A stretch of 63,762 nt of DNA from positions 9,009,743-9,073,504 of the forward strand of contig NC_068982.1 in NCBI RefSeq assembly GCF_001194135.2, in the 5' to 3' direction. A program made the translations under genes and the position numbers. Of this stretch, positions 39,560 to 50,155 are shown piece after piece. How positions within the stretch are numbered: position 1 is the first letter of the stretch; every line of letters starts with the position of its first letter. The notes under the pieces were generated by a model. That model did no database searches. It was given only the letters and a program-made list of their open reading frames with translations, and was not told where the DNA came from. This DNA comes from Octopus bimaculoides (lineage: Eukaryota).

Positions 39560-40420
39560 AGCATACATTCGTCACAGAAACGCTGAAGCGATAAGAGGAA
39601 ACAAGAACATTTAGCTATCGCTAAAGAAAGGATCAACCGTCACAAGAACCGAATATAGAGGTAAACTGGATCAGATGGATGATAGATCGGGAGAACTATT
39701 ACCCGAAATGAAACTCACATGAAACTATAACTCATATTCTACCAAAATGTACACCATTAATTCGGAATACGGTAAATTGTTTCTTCTTTATCTCCAAAGA
39801 CAGGCTGCAGTTATATAATATAATCTGTTATACAATACGATTTTGGTGGCTTCTCCGCTAATGCTGTATATTTTTTATCTATTTCCATTCGGCTCAGCTG
39901 GTCTTGTAGATACTTTTGCTGTTGTTTTAACTAGATGATCTGTGGTCCAGTTTTAGTTTAGATTGTAGCTGGTTCACGTCTTCTGTTGTTGTTTCTCTAT
40001 GTCCATATGTATCTATTACTGTAACCTTCACTTTGTACTTGCTAGTTTCCTTGTTGATAGAAAATAGATGTTCTCTTCATTTATCATAGCTATTTGTATT
40101 AATTTTCCTTGATTCTATACCAGGTGTTTTTGTAGACCATTCGTGGATACGTAATGCTTTTCTAGTTGTATAAGAAAGCTACCATCTTGTACCTCGGTTA
40201 AAAATATAGTCTTTTAATGTCAGATGTGTGTGGTGTATTCCAAATGCATTCATCAAACTCCTTGTTTTCTTCTGTAGACTGTCTACTTTATTTAGTGTCC
40301 AATTGAGAACATTAAACCATGAGGAATTGCTGGGAAGTGAGTACTCCGATTTCTGTTACCGTATCTTTTTGTATTTAGCACTCTTTAAAACACTAATTTA
40401 CGTCCATAATCTTGCGTCTT
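39560..40420 (-). mobile_element. R4/Dong LINE fragment, apparently with an internal inversion
   Basis: Minus strand NVLNWTLNKVDSLQKKTRSLM...SDIKRLY. Plus strand at ~39720-39775 reads ETITHILPKC (CCHC-knuckle-like). Confidence 0.5.
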
Positions 40421-40577
40421 AATCTTTTCTTTCATAGTGCTTTATTTCGTCGACTCCATTTGGCCGGAAGGAAAAGTTGACGTCGGCATGATCTGAATGT
40501 AGAACGTAGAGTCCTTAGTCCATCCCGTGTCTGGTGGCACATTGGGAACATAGAGGGCCGGAAGAAATATAACTATT

Positions 40578-41127
40578 GGATCTATTTTAAAACGGGGGCC
40601 ACATTTTTCATTAATGTTTTACGTAGTGTTTTTGGTACCGAAAGACTTTCAAACTTCGTATACTTATCTATTTTGTGTTATAGAACAGAAAAATATTTTT
40701 GTATTCGAATTTATTTCATGTAAAAAATTGTCTTATTTCGATAATTTCAACCAATCACTGACAAGTATTCAATTGTTTACATTTACTCCTTTGGCTGATT
40801 AAGCGATGTAAAGCGTATTTAATCTCCATACCTTCGTTTTATTTCCTTTTTTCATTTTAAATTTGCTTTAACCCTAACCCTAACCTTAGGGTTAATTATT
40901 TCAGAATAGTTTGTATATGTAGTCGGCACTTAATGTATATCGGCTGAATGGACGTCAGTGATTGGTTGAAATTACAGAAATACGACAACTTTAACATGGA
41001 ATGACTTAGGGATTTCTTTTTTTTTAAGAAGACTAAGAAAAAAAGATGTTTTATATGACACATTCTACCAGTGTTTCAAAGTGTTTCGTTAAGAAAATAC
41101 TGTGGCCCCCGTTTTAAAATAGATTCC
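40578..41127. mobile_element. Non-autonomous TIR DNA element with internal TAACCC repeats
   Basis: Terminal inverted ATCTATTTTAAAACGGGG...CCACA, a second internal inverted pair (TTTCAACCAATCACTGAC / GTCAGTGATTGGTTGAAA), and (TAACCC)n at 40869-40885. Confidence 0.8.
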
Positions 41128-41146
41128 TATTCCTTAGTCGGTTTAC

Positions 41147-41646
41147 ACGCTGGCTACTCGATAAAATCTTATATAAATTTTATCCTTATATTTTATTTAC
41201 AAATATTGAACCGAAATATATTCAGTGTTGAATTATTTCCATTATACACACGTGGCGAGATGAACAAGGCAAAAGTTCCTTTAATTGGATTTCTAAGTGT
41301 AAACATGCGTTGTAATTCATGTACAGATGTTTATATTTTTTTTTCCCGGCTATGTTCGTGCTGATCAGTGGAGAACGTGCTAACACATAGTGACCACAAA
41401 GTCATTAAGGGTATACGACCAAACCGGCGCGTGTTTATATACCTATTGATGTTGTTTGACTTAAGAGTCCCATTAAAGCGTGTCGCTTCGCTCTTACGTA
41501 CAGTATACAGCCCTTGATATTATAATGTATTTTATATATAAAGGAAAAAAATATATACCTTGTATTAATCTTTTCCTTAATTTTTTTTTTTATACGCTGG
41601 TTACTTGATAAAATCTTATATAGATTTTATCCTTATATTTTATTTA
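41147..41646 (+). repeat. 53-bp direct repeats (50/53 identical) flanking a ~395-bp segment
   Basis: ACGCTGG(C/T)TACT(C/T)GATAAAATCTTATATA(A/G)ATTTTATCCTTATATTTTATTTA at 41147-41199 and 41594-41646. Confidence 0.85.
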
Positions 41647-42079
41647 TAACATGGAAGCAAGGCTTGAAATGAGGAAGAAGGAAATCGATTCAATCGTTCA
41701 CTTCAATACTTGACTGATACTTTGTCATTTGGACTGAGGTCATGAAAATCAAAGCTGGCCTCGACAAGATTTGATCTGAGAAAACTAATGTGCCGGAACA
41801 AATACCTTAACTATTTTTCTGTCGGTCAAATCATTCTGCTGATTCACCACTCATAATTATTTCTAAAATAGGCACAAGGCCTCATATTTTTGAAGGAAGT
41901 GCTAATCGATTAAATCAGCCGTAGTTCATAGATGGTACCTTATTTTATCGTTTTATCGGTTCTTCAAGAATGAACGGCAAAGTTGACCTCTGTTGGAATT
42001 TGATTGGCTCGAAAAGAGCTATGACCAACTTGGAAATCAACCTCTCCCGCCACTTTAACGATCATGCCAAAGCAAACTC

Positions 42080-42360
42080 GGTGATCTTTCGGTACTAGAT
42101 CCCATAACTTCCGATCTTTGTGCGCACGCATACTGATTACATTATCGTATAGTGCGTTTATGTTTTTAAATGACTTGAAAATATGAAAAGACAACATTAA
42201 ATAGAAAAACAAAATGAATGGCCCACTAAACTCAAACCTTCTCCCCTCAGATTCATACAGTTCTCAAACTTTAAATACATAAACACACTAAACGATAATG
42301 TAATCTCTATGCGTGCGCACAACGACCGGAATTTACGGGATCTAGTACCGAAAGATCGCC
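42080..42360. mobile_element. MITE, 281 bp, ~91-bp TIRs, perfect 8-bp TSD (Merlin-like by 5'-GG ends; hAT not excluded)
   Basis: GG(T/C)GATCTTTCGGTACTAGATCCC... at both ends inverted. GCAAACTC at 42072-42079 and 42361-42368. Confidence 0.9.
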
Positions 42361-43899
42361 GCAAACTCTTATAATTCCTAATTTAATCACAACTTTATCA
42401 AGTTCGAGGGAATTGGTAGCATTATGATCATTGCATGTTTGGTCCTTATTTTCATCGACACCGTCGTGGGGAGGATGAAAGATCACAACAGAGTTAGAAC
42501 GTCATAAGTTTGAAAAGTCTCTAATCTTTATGAAATTGAATTTTATAGGTGTTTTTAAGGAAATGTTGAATTTTTATTTATTTTTGTTTTGCATATTTGA
42601 AGATAGAAATTCAGATTAATTATATAGTCAAAATTAGAAAAAATATGAAAATTGGAAGCTACAAATTGTGATAATCAAAAGGAAATAGAACTAAAATTGT
42701 TATATCTATATTAAAATTGATTAAACTGTTCTCAATTTAGATTTATCAATATGCATAATCAAAGTAATTCGATCTCGTACATTCTTTTTTTTTTATATGA
42801 AAAATACATTTAGATTTTTCTCTGAAAGCATTTTTTAAATATATATAAAACCGGAAAAAAAGGAGCAAATTATTAGCCTAAATAGCCATAGAAGATTTCA
42901 AATGATAATAAAGTAGAGCAGGCAAATTGGAGAAATAGGTTTAAGAAAGCAAACGGTAATCTTTTGGGTTTTTTTTTAAAGTGGATGTTCAATTCACAGT
43001 TGGCAGAAAAATAAAATGGAAGTAATTAAGTCATCACCTACCTTTGCATTTTCGAGCTTGGTGTTTGAATTTTTATAATTTCAGTATCTATCAAGAAAAG
43101 CCATTACATTTTCTTTTTAAAAGAATAAAAACTAATACAGGATAACAGAGTACCAATTGAAATACGTTTCCAAATTTATGTAATAAAAGAGATAATAGTT
43201 CGAATTTGGAGGATAACATTTTATAGTTTAAAATAGAGATTTAATTGTGAAGGCAAGTGAATTAGTCTTTGGATGAATCATTAAAACATTAAGGACGGCA
43301 AACGTTTGAGGTAATGAGTCTACGCAGCTGTGGAATATTTAAACGCGAAAATTCCAGACAAGAGATTTTTATAATCTAGGAAGGAGGCATTCCAACCTCG
43401 TTTCGTATTTCGTTACCTCAAGAGCTCCTTTACAGGATCCAGTGGCTAAGTACATCAGGAGGAATCACGTGCAGTTTCGGCCCCGGCAATTTTCGACGAG
43501 GCGGGCTTCACCCCTTTCGGAGATGTTTTCTGCTCTGGTGCTGAGTGCGTTTTTATTCTCTCTTGGCTTTTTGCTCTTTGGTTTCTTCGATGATGGGAGA
43601 GTATTACCACTCTTACAAATTTCTGTCCCTTCTATGTCCTGATTGTAATAATCATAATAAAGAATTCACCCTCGCAAATTTCTCTTTAAATACTCGTCGG
43701 CAGGCTCCAACACACAGCGCCAGCTAACTGTCACACGACACAATCTAAGCTGCAACTGACCAACGGAGGGTACGTACGCGTAGTTTTGGCCACGTACTCT
43801 CTAAACCTACCTTCCAACAGTGTCGTGTTGGTTTCAGTTCCAGCAGCTAGACTCCCACCAGCTGTTTGGGGCTACTAGCTTTCGAACCAGGAGGAGGGC

Positions 43900-44459
43900 G
43901 CGCAATGAAAGATTTCACTAACTTTGCCCACCTGTCAAGCTGCAGCGCTATTTCCCAGTCGGCATGTTATGGCTTTCGAGCTATTTCGGGTCTTCCCGTT
44001 TCAGCCATTTATAGAAGCTGGCTTTGTCGACTGCCTCCTGTATCCTCCTTATTACTTTCCTCAACTTTAAGCTCAAAAGTGCAAACCATCTTTTAAATAA
44101 CGCCGCCATTTCCCTTTCAATCAAGCCTCTAGCACACTCTGCCAAGGGGTAATACTCGACAGTCCACCCTTGTTTCCCGCACTCTTCGATTAATCTCTCA
44201 TGCCTCCTCTCCTTCCGCTGCTTTGCATTACCGATGTTCTCTTCCCATGACACCGTCAGCTATATCAAAATTCCAATTTTTCGCTCTTTGTTCCATAGGA
44301 TTAAGTCCGGTCTTCTTCTTGCTTTCATGAGTGGCAATATTAAGTCTTTCCAAATCGGCGGCTAGCTCCCAGTATGCCTTCCATATTTCGTCTGTCTCGT
44401 ATACTTTTTTTGAAAGCCTGGCTTTATGTCCTTTATCCTCCTTGTGGAATTTCAGATAT
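43900..44459 (-). mobile_element. HERO-clade LINE 3' end (restriction-like endonuclease)
   Basis: RPDLILW...LTVSWEENIGNAKQRKERRHERLIEECGKQGW...EAVDKASFYKWLKR matches the HERO pattern RPD...ELTVPWEE...EAAEKASRWLWLKR. Confidence 0.8.
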
Positions 44460-44662
44460 ATTTCTTTCTACTCTTGGCACAAGGCCCGAAATTTTGCGGG
44501 GGGGAGCCAGTAGATTAGATCGACTGCAGTACGTAACTGGTACTTAATTTATCGACCCAGAAAGGACGAAAGGCACAGTCGACCTCGGCGGAATTTGAAC
44601 TCAGAATGTGAAGACAGACGAAATACCGCTAAGCATTTCGCCCAGCGTGCCAACGTTTCTGA
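44460..44662 (-). mobile_element. SINE family B body (head displaced to 46278-46310 by a nested insertion)
   Basis: Lacks the first ~13 nt of the head. The 13-bp TSD GAATTTCAGATAT lies at 44447-44459 and 46311-46323. Confidence 0.92.
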
Positions 44663-46277
44663 ATTTTTTTATTAACCACTGGGGGTGAACATAGAAAGGA
44701 CAATACAGAAACGTATGGGGGAACAAAACAAGGGGGGAGAAACACAGGACAGCGTATGAAAATGAAGCTATTCGTTCCACCTCCAAGTAGTATCACTTTC
44801 TTTATCCGTTAAATTCCGTACCTTCCAAAATATCCAATCCATATTCTTTTATAAGTTCTTCATACTCTATATTATCCGACAACCCTTTCATGTCATAGTT
44901 CACTCTCCAACATTTGTACCCACCATTATACTTTTCTATTTCAATCTTCAGATTCTCTGATACTAAAACACATGTATGCCACCCCTAAACATTTGTCTTT
45001 CCTTTCACGTTAATAAGCCTTGTGTTCTTCCATCTCGTTGTTTTGTTAATGTCTACACCTTCAAACCACATACATGCAAAACAACTTTCAGTGGGAGCGG
45101 AAGTTTGTGAGTTCCTGTGTGTCAGTGTCTTTTTATGTTTTTATGTCGAATGGGTGGGTTTGGTGTCTGCCGGGGGAGAGTAGGCCTGACAAAGAGTGGG
45201 TGTAGGTTGGGGTTCCCATTCAGCCGGACCTGTCTTTCTTTCTCTTCCTCCGTTTTTTCTTTTCTACCACTCTCCACGATTCGTCTTCATTTATTTGTAT
45301 CTCCTCTACTTTTTCTGCTTCCTTCCTGACTTCTTTCTAATTTTTCTCAGTCGATGAAGGGCAGCCCATATTAATGTGTCCCTTTTGGCCATATTTGAAA
45401 AATCGAAGGATTCTGCTCTCCACCCTGACTCTTAACACCGAATCTCCAACTGTTACTGTTTCCACCAATTTTTCTAGATTTTCCATTGAACTTTGTATAA
45501 TTATATGCAATATTTGTCCTTTCCAACTGATTATTCCTGTTCTCGTGGGCTGGAGAATATTTCCTCTTCGTTGCCTAGAAGTATAACCGTCGCTACGCAA
45601 GACACATCTATTTCGTGGTGGAATACCCTAACCCTGAAAGCTCTCCTTCCAAGATATGTGGACAGGAGGACCTCACTTTCCGTCCTTAATGGGGTTGCCG
45701 AGTGTTGCTTTACCTTTGCTGCCTTTTTAAAGTGAATTTCCACTGTTCCACATTGACTTACTTTGCCAAGATGTGTTATATTTTGCCAGATTGACTTCAA
45801 GGCTTTTTCAATTTTCTCAGCTGATACAATTTCAGTTCTCTTATCTTCTACGGAATATACTTCGTACACAATAGTCCTTTCCTGCATATCCTTTATTACT
45901 TCCTGGGGTGGCAACAACTTTACGTCGCCCCCTTTCTCTGTGTACCATCTTCTCATAACTTTTCAACATTAACAGATCTACCTCCTTATTCCGCAACAAT
46001 TTTCTTCTTTAATTGACTATCTATTCTTTCCACCGCTCGTACGAGTTCCTCTTCTTACGTTGATAGTTCAGAGACACTACGTTCTGGAAAAAAAAAACGG
46101 ACTTCTTTTTCTACATAGCTAACTCTCCTCAAAAGAGGAGAGAAAGCACAAATAAATTGCTGCAAAGCAGTACTAAAACAGTTAAGGAAGTGATAAAACA
46201 CTGATACAAAAACAAAACTATGTTAACACTGAAAATACCGTCAATAATGACTCACATATACCTTAAATAACCCCGGA
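44663..46277 (-). mobile_element. Full-length ORF1-only non-autonomous retroelement (half-LINE, Tx1/L1-type ORF1), copy 1
   Basis: 19-bp TSD (44644-44662 and 46278-46296, 16/19 identical), AATAAAAAAA tail, one frameshifted gag-like ORF (45956 to ~44780) with a decayed knuckle FFKYGQKGHINMGC. No endonuclease or RT motif. Confidence 0.85.
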
Positions 46278-46310
46278 AGCGTGCTGGCGTTTCTGACAGT
46301 TCGCCGCCTT
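46278..46310 (-). mobile_element. Displaced 5' head of the SINE at 44460-44662
   Basis: Revcomp AAGGCGGCGAACTGTCAGAAACGCCAGCACGCT is the family B 5' end. Confidence 0.9.
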
Positions 46311-47761
46311 GAATTTCAGATATGTTAAAGCGGGTACTTCAAAGAGGATTTATTTTGAAGCCGAAGAGTCTATTTATGTCACTAAAAGGTAATACAATCA
46401 TTGTTCGATTTAAGTTGTTTTAAACTTAAACCTTAGTGGAAATAAGTAGGGTGCCATGTATCCCAACTCAGTTGGGAAAGTATGAAATATATTAAGTGTT
46501 CTGAATGTTAAAATCTGCAAATAGCTGCTTCTTGTAATAATGGTTTCTGGGTTTGTAACGGAAACAATTATTCCTAAACTTATATATTCGAGAAATAACA
46601 AAAAAAAAAACAGCAGGAAAATATATAAAGTGCCTGGTGCAGTGTTAGAAAAGGTCACCGCATATTGGTTTCAGAAACTACAGATGTTTTCCGAATAAAT
46701 CTCATAGAAGAAACTAAGTTTATACAAATAAGTACTGCTTCCAAATTAATTTAAATAAAAACATGACTAACATAATATACTCGCACCAAATTTTATCCAA
46801 TCGGATAAAAGTAAAATTTTAATCGATTTTAGCATGCAACATACAGAAAATGCTACACTATGATCAATATAAATTAATAAAACCAACTCGGATACATTTT
46901 AAGAAACAAACAAACTTGGTCACGAAATCACTGTGAATTTGGTTATAGATGATAGAACAGAAACATTATCTTCCAAAATCGCCTAATTTTACTCTCAAAA
47001 TTCAATAGCTAACTTGCAAAAGATACCACTCACTGACTCACAAAAATCGACTTAGGAACAGTACGCAAATCTTTGCAAGATAAAATATTGCAAAAGTTAT
47101 AAATTTTCAATGGATCTCTATAGCACATCAGCATAGATTAGCTCCGAAGGTTTTTTTTTCTGCAATTCGACATACAAGAACTCTACCCTTTCTAAGCTAA
47201 GGTTCTCTTAAAAATCTAAACTTCCAGTCAAAACTACCTCACAGACAAAAGCACACGTGCATGTAGAATTATTTTGAATTACTAAGATATCATTTGAATT
47301 AAAAATACAAATATATCGGTTGGATAAAAAATTTACTGCACACACACCGCTCAATGCATGTTAACGACTCACAGACAAAAATATGATTAAGCTGTTGTAT
47401 ACTCTGAAAACAGAATTACTAAATTAAAATTTGAAAAGTTGTTTGGCTAAAAAGAGCTCGGGAAATAAAACAAAACAATTTTTTTTTTCAAACCAAAAAT
47501 TGGATTTCTGTCACTCATTGAAGAAATACGTTTCCATCAATACCAGTGCTAGAATATCAACAACAACAGCAGTAACTAAAAAAAGAGACAGCTACAACAA
47601 TTACAAAAACATGAAGCTGCATCAACAGAGATTCAAGAACCAGCTATAACATGGCACCGAGAACAACAACAGCAACAATAACACACACAATAGAAGCAAT
47701 GGTCGCAAAAATCACTAAAGGAACCCCATCGTTCAGAGACTCTACAACACAGACAAAATAT

Positions 47762-47997
47762 ATTTCTTTCTTTATTTCCCACGAGGGGGGGCTAAGCATA
47801 GAGGGGATAAACAAGGGCAGACAAACGGATTAAATCGATTACATCGACCCTAGTACGCAACTGGTACCTCTGTAATCGACCCCGAAAGGATGAAAAGCAA
47901 AGTCAACTTCGGCAGAATTTGAACGCAGAACGTAACGGCAGACGAAATACCGGTAATCATATCGCCTGTCATTCTAACGATTCTGCCAGCTCGCCAC
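47762..47997 (-). mobile_element. SINE family B, tail type 2
   Basis: Revcomp ends ...TTTATCCCCTCTATGCTTAGCCCCCCCTCGTGGGAAATAAAGAAAG. Confidence 0.9.
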
Positions 47998-48069
47998 CCT
48001 ACAATAATAAATATATTTATTTCTTTATTGCCCACAAGTGATTAAACATAGAGGGGACAAACAAGGAGA

Positions 48070-48470
48070 TACCAATGGTTGTAACATCAATGCGTGATGT
48101 GCATTGTCTGTCAATTGTGTCACTCTCGTCTCTTCTGCATGTACTGAGATTCTGCTGCCGAAACTAAGACATTGAGGGTTATTCCACGAGTACTAAGATG
48201 AGAAATAATTGTGTCGGCATGTGTAGACGACTTCACCTTCATAGTATCCGTCATCAGGCACATATAACGGAACGGAACTGATCTAAGTCAATACAAAGCG
48301 GGAACAGGAAGGAATATCAACCAAGAAAAGTTATAGGGGTAACAACTCGGAACCGGCAGGGTCATGTAGCCCATCAACGTTGTTGAACACCGGACCGACG
48401 GCCTAGTTAAATTGGAGACGAACTGAGAATAGTGAGGAGCAGCTTGGTCAATCTCACTCAGAAACATCGG
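48070..48470 (+). mobile_element. Tx1-clade LINE ORF2 (RT) fragment, decayed
   Basis: VSACVDDFTFIV (cf. Tx1 VSAYADDVTIFV) followed by QYKAGTGRNINQEK (cf. YEAxTGAKINxEKS). Confidence 0.6.
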
Positions 48471-48736
48471 CCAAATTTGGCGTTCACCTACTCCCCCTCT
48501 GAGAATTCTGCCTCACTTCACATAGGTTTGGCTTTAATTTCCTTCTCCCTTGACGTTTTTAAAGTTATGTTATCGGTTTGTAAAACCACGAAAATACCAC
48601 ATATTTTATATTAACTTTGAAGACCTGCAATCGTTGGCAAAACACTATAGTTTATTTTCCGATACCTTCATGATAAATTTCCATCCCGATTTTAAAGCTA
48701 GCTATTTATTTTCTTCATTTTGATATATTTTTTTTG

Positions 48737-48930
48737 AAGAGGTGAGCTGGCAGCGTCGTTAGCACACTGGGTAAAACGTTTAGCGGTATTTCGTCCGTCT
48801 TCACATTCCAGGTTCAAATTCCGCCATGGTTGACTTTGCCTTCCATCATTTCGGGATTGATAAAATAAGTACTGGGGCCGATATAAACGACTTACCTCCT
48901 CCCACAAACTTGCTGACCAAGAGCTAAAAT
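48737..48930 (+). mobile_element. SINE family B
   Basis: Head and core with a degenerate type 1 tail. Confidence 0.85.
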
Positions 48931-49406
48931 TTAAAACCGATTTCTTTGTCTTCTATAGACGAGCGTATTCATAAAAGATTGTGCTTGTTTTGAAAAACAC
49001 CATCGGACCGAGTTGGCATATTACGATCGAAAGTAAACCTGCTATTTGAAATTTGACATTTTTCTACTTTTCTTTTCTTTTATAGATCAGCTTCTTTAGT
49101 TCTAACATATTAGTTGATAAGCTTGTTATGATTTGAAAACTTAACCCAACATTTTAATGTTTTAAGCATAGGGCGCACCAAGTACTTATTTAATCAAATC
49201 TCTGCGAGTTAACGGCGAAATTTGAACACAAAACGTTGAGGAATCAAGCGACGTAATGTTACACATTAATAAGCTATTCTAGCTTATTCTATCTTATAAA
49301 ATGAAGAACGTGTAACAATTTTTGGATTTGGTACAACGACAAACAATTTGATTTTATTGATATAATTACTGCGGTACGCAAGTTGGCGATTATTTTATAG
49401 ATTTTA

Positions 49407-49755
49407 TGGCATTCCGTCGGTTACGACGACGAGGGTTCCAGTTGATCCAATTAACGTGCTAGTGGCTGAGCACTGCACAGGCATGTGTACCCTTAACGTA
49501 GTTCTCGACGAGATTCAGCGTGACACAGAGTGTGACAAGGCTGGCCCTTTGAAATACAGGTACAACAGAAACAGGAAGAAAGAGTGAGAGAAAGTTGTGG
49601 TGAAAGAGTACAGCAGGATTCTCCACCCGCCACCTGCCGGAGTCTTGTGGACCTTTAGGTGTTTTCGCTCAATAAACATTCACAACGCCCGGCCTGCGAT
49701 TCAAAACCGCGATCCTACGACCATGAGTCCGCTGTCACAGGGCCATTGCGCCTCC
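49407..49755 (-). mobile_element. SINE family C (third tRNA-headed family)
   Basis: Head GGAGGCGCAATGGCCC...GGTTTTGAATCGC, central domain, tail GGATCAACTGGAACCCTCGTCGTCGTAACCGACGG, unlike families A and B. Confidence 0.75.
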
Positions 49756-49910
49756 ATATTTTATAGATGATGACATTTTGAAGAATCAGGTAACGGCCAG
49801 ATTTGAGATGACAGAGATAGTGATTTGAAGAGACAATAAAGATATGTCTTATCACTCGGCATTTTCCGTGCGTTTAAAAGTTGTTATTTGCTAATGATAC
49901 AATACGTGTG

Positions 49911-49947
<37 letters not shown>

Positions 49948-49948
49948 C

Positions 49949-50155
49949 CAGAAACGTTAGCACGCCGGGCGAAATGCTTAGCGGTATTTCGTCTGAGTTC
50001 AAATTCCGCCGAGGTCGACTTTGCCTTTCATCCTTTCGGGGTCGATTAAATAAGTACCAGTTATGCACTGGGGTCGATATAATCGACTTAATCCGTTTGT
50101 CTGTCTTTGTTTGTCCCCTCTGTGTGTAGCCCCTTGTGGGTAGTAAAGAAATAAC
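49949..50155 (+). mobile_element. SINE family B, tail type 2, 5'-truncated at CAGAAACG
   Basis: Near-consensus core. Tail ...TTTGTCCCCTCTGTGTGTAGCCCCTTGTGGGTAGTAAAGAAATAA. Confidence 0.92.

Noticed and set aside
46400-47560. Possible highly decayed PLE/LINE remnants (also 33.8-34.7, 42.5-43.4, 51.6-52.15 and 54.9-56.2 kb)
   Set aside because: Only faint motif resemblances were seen by eye. They need a profile-HMM search before they can be called.
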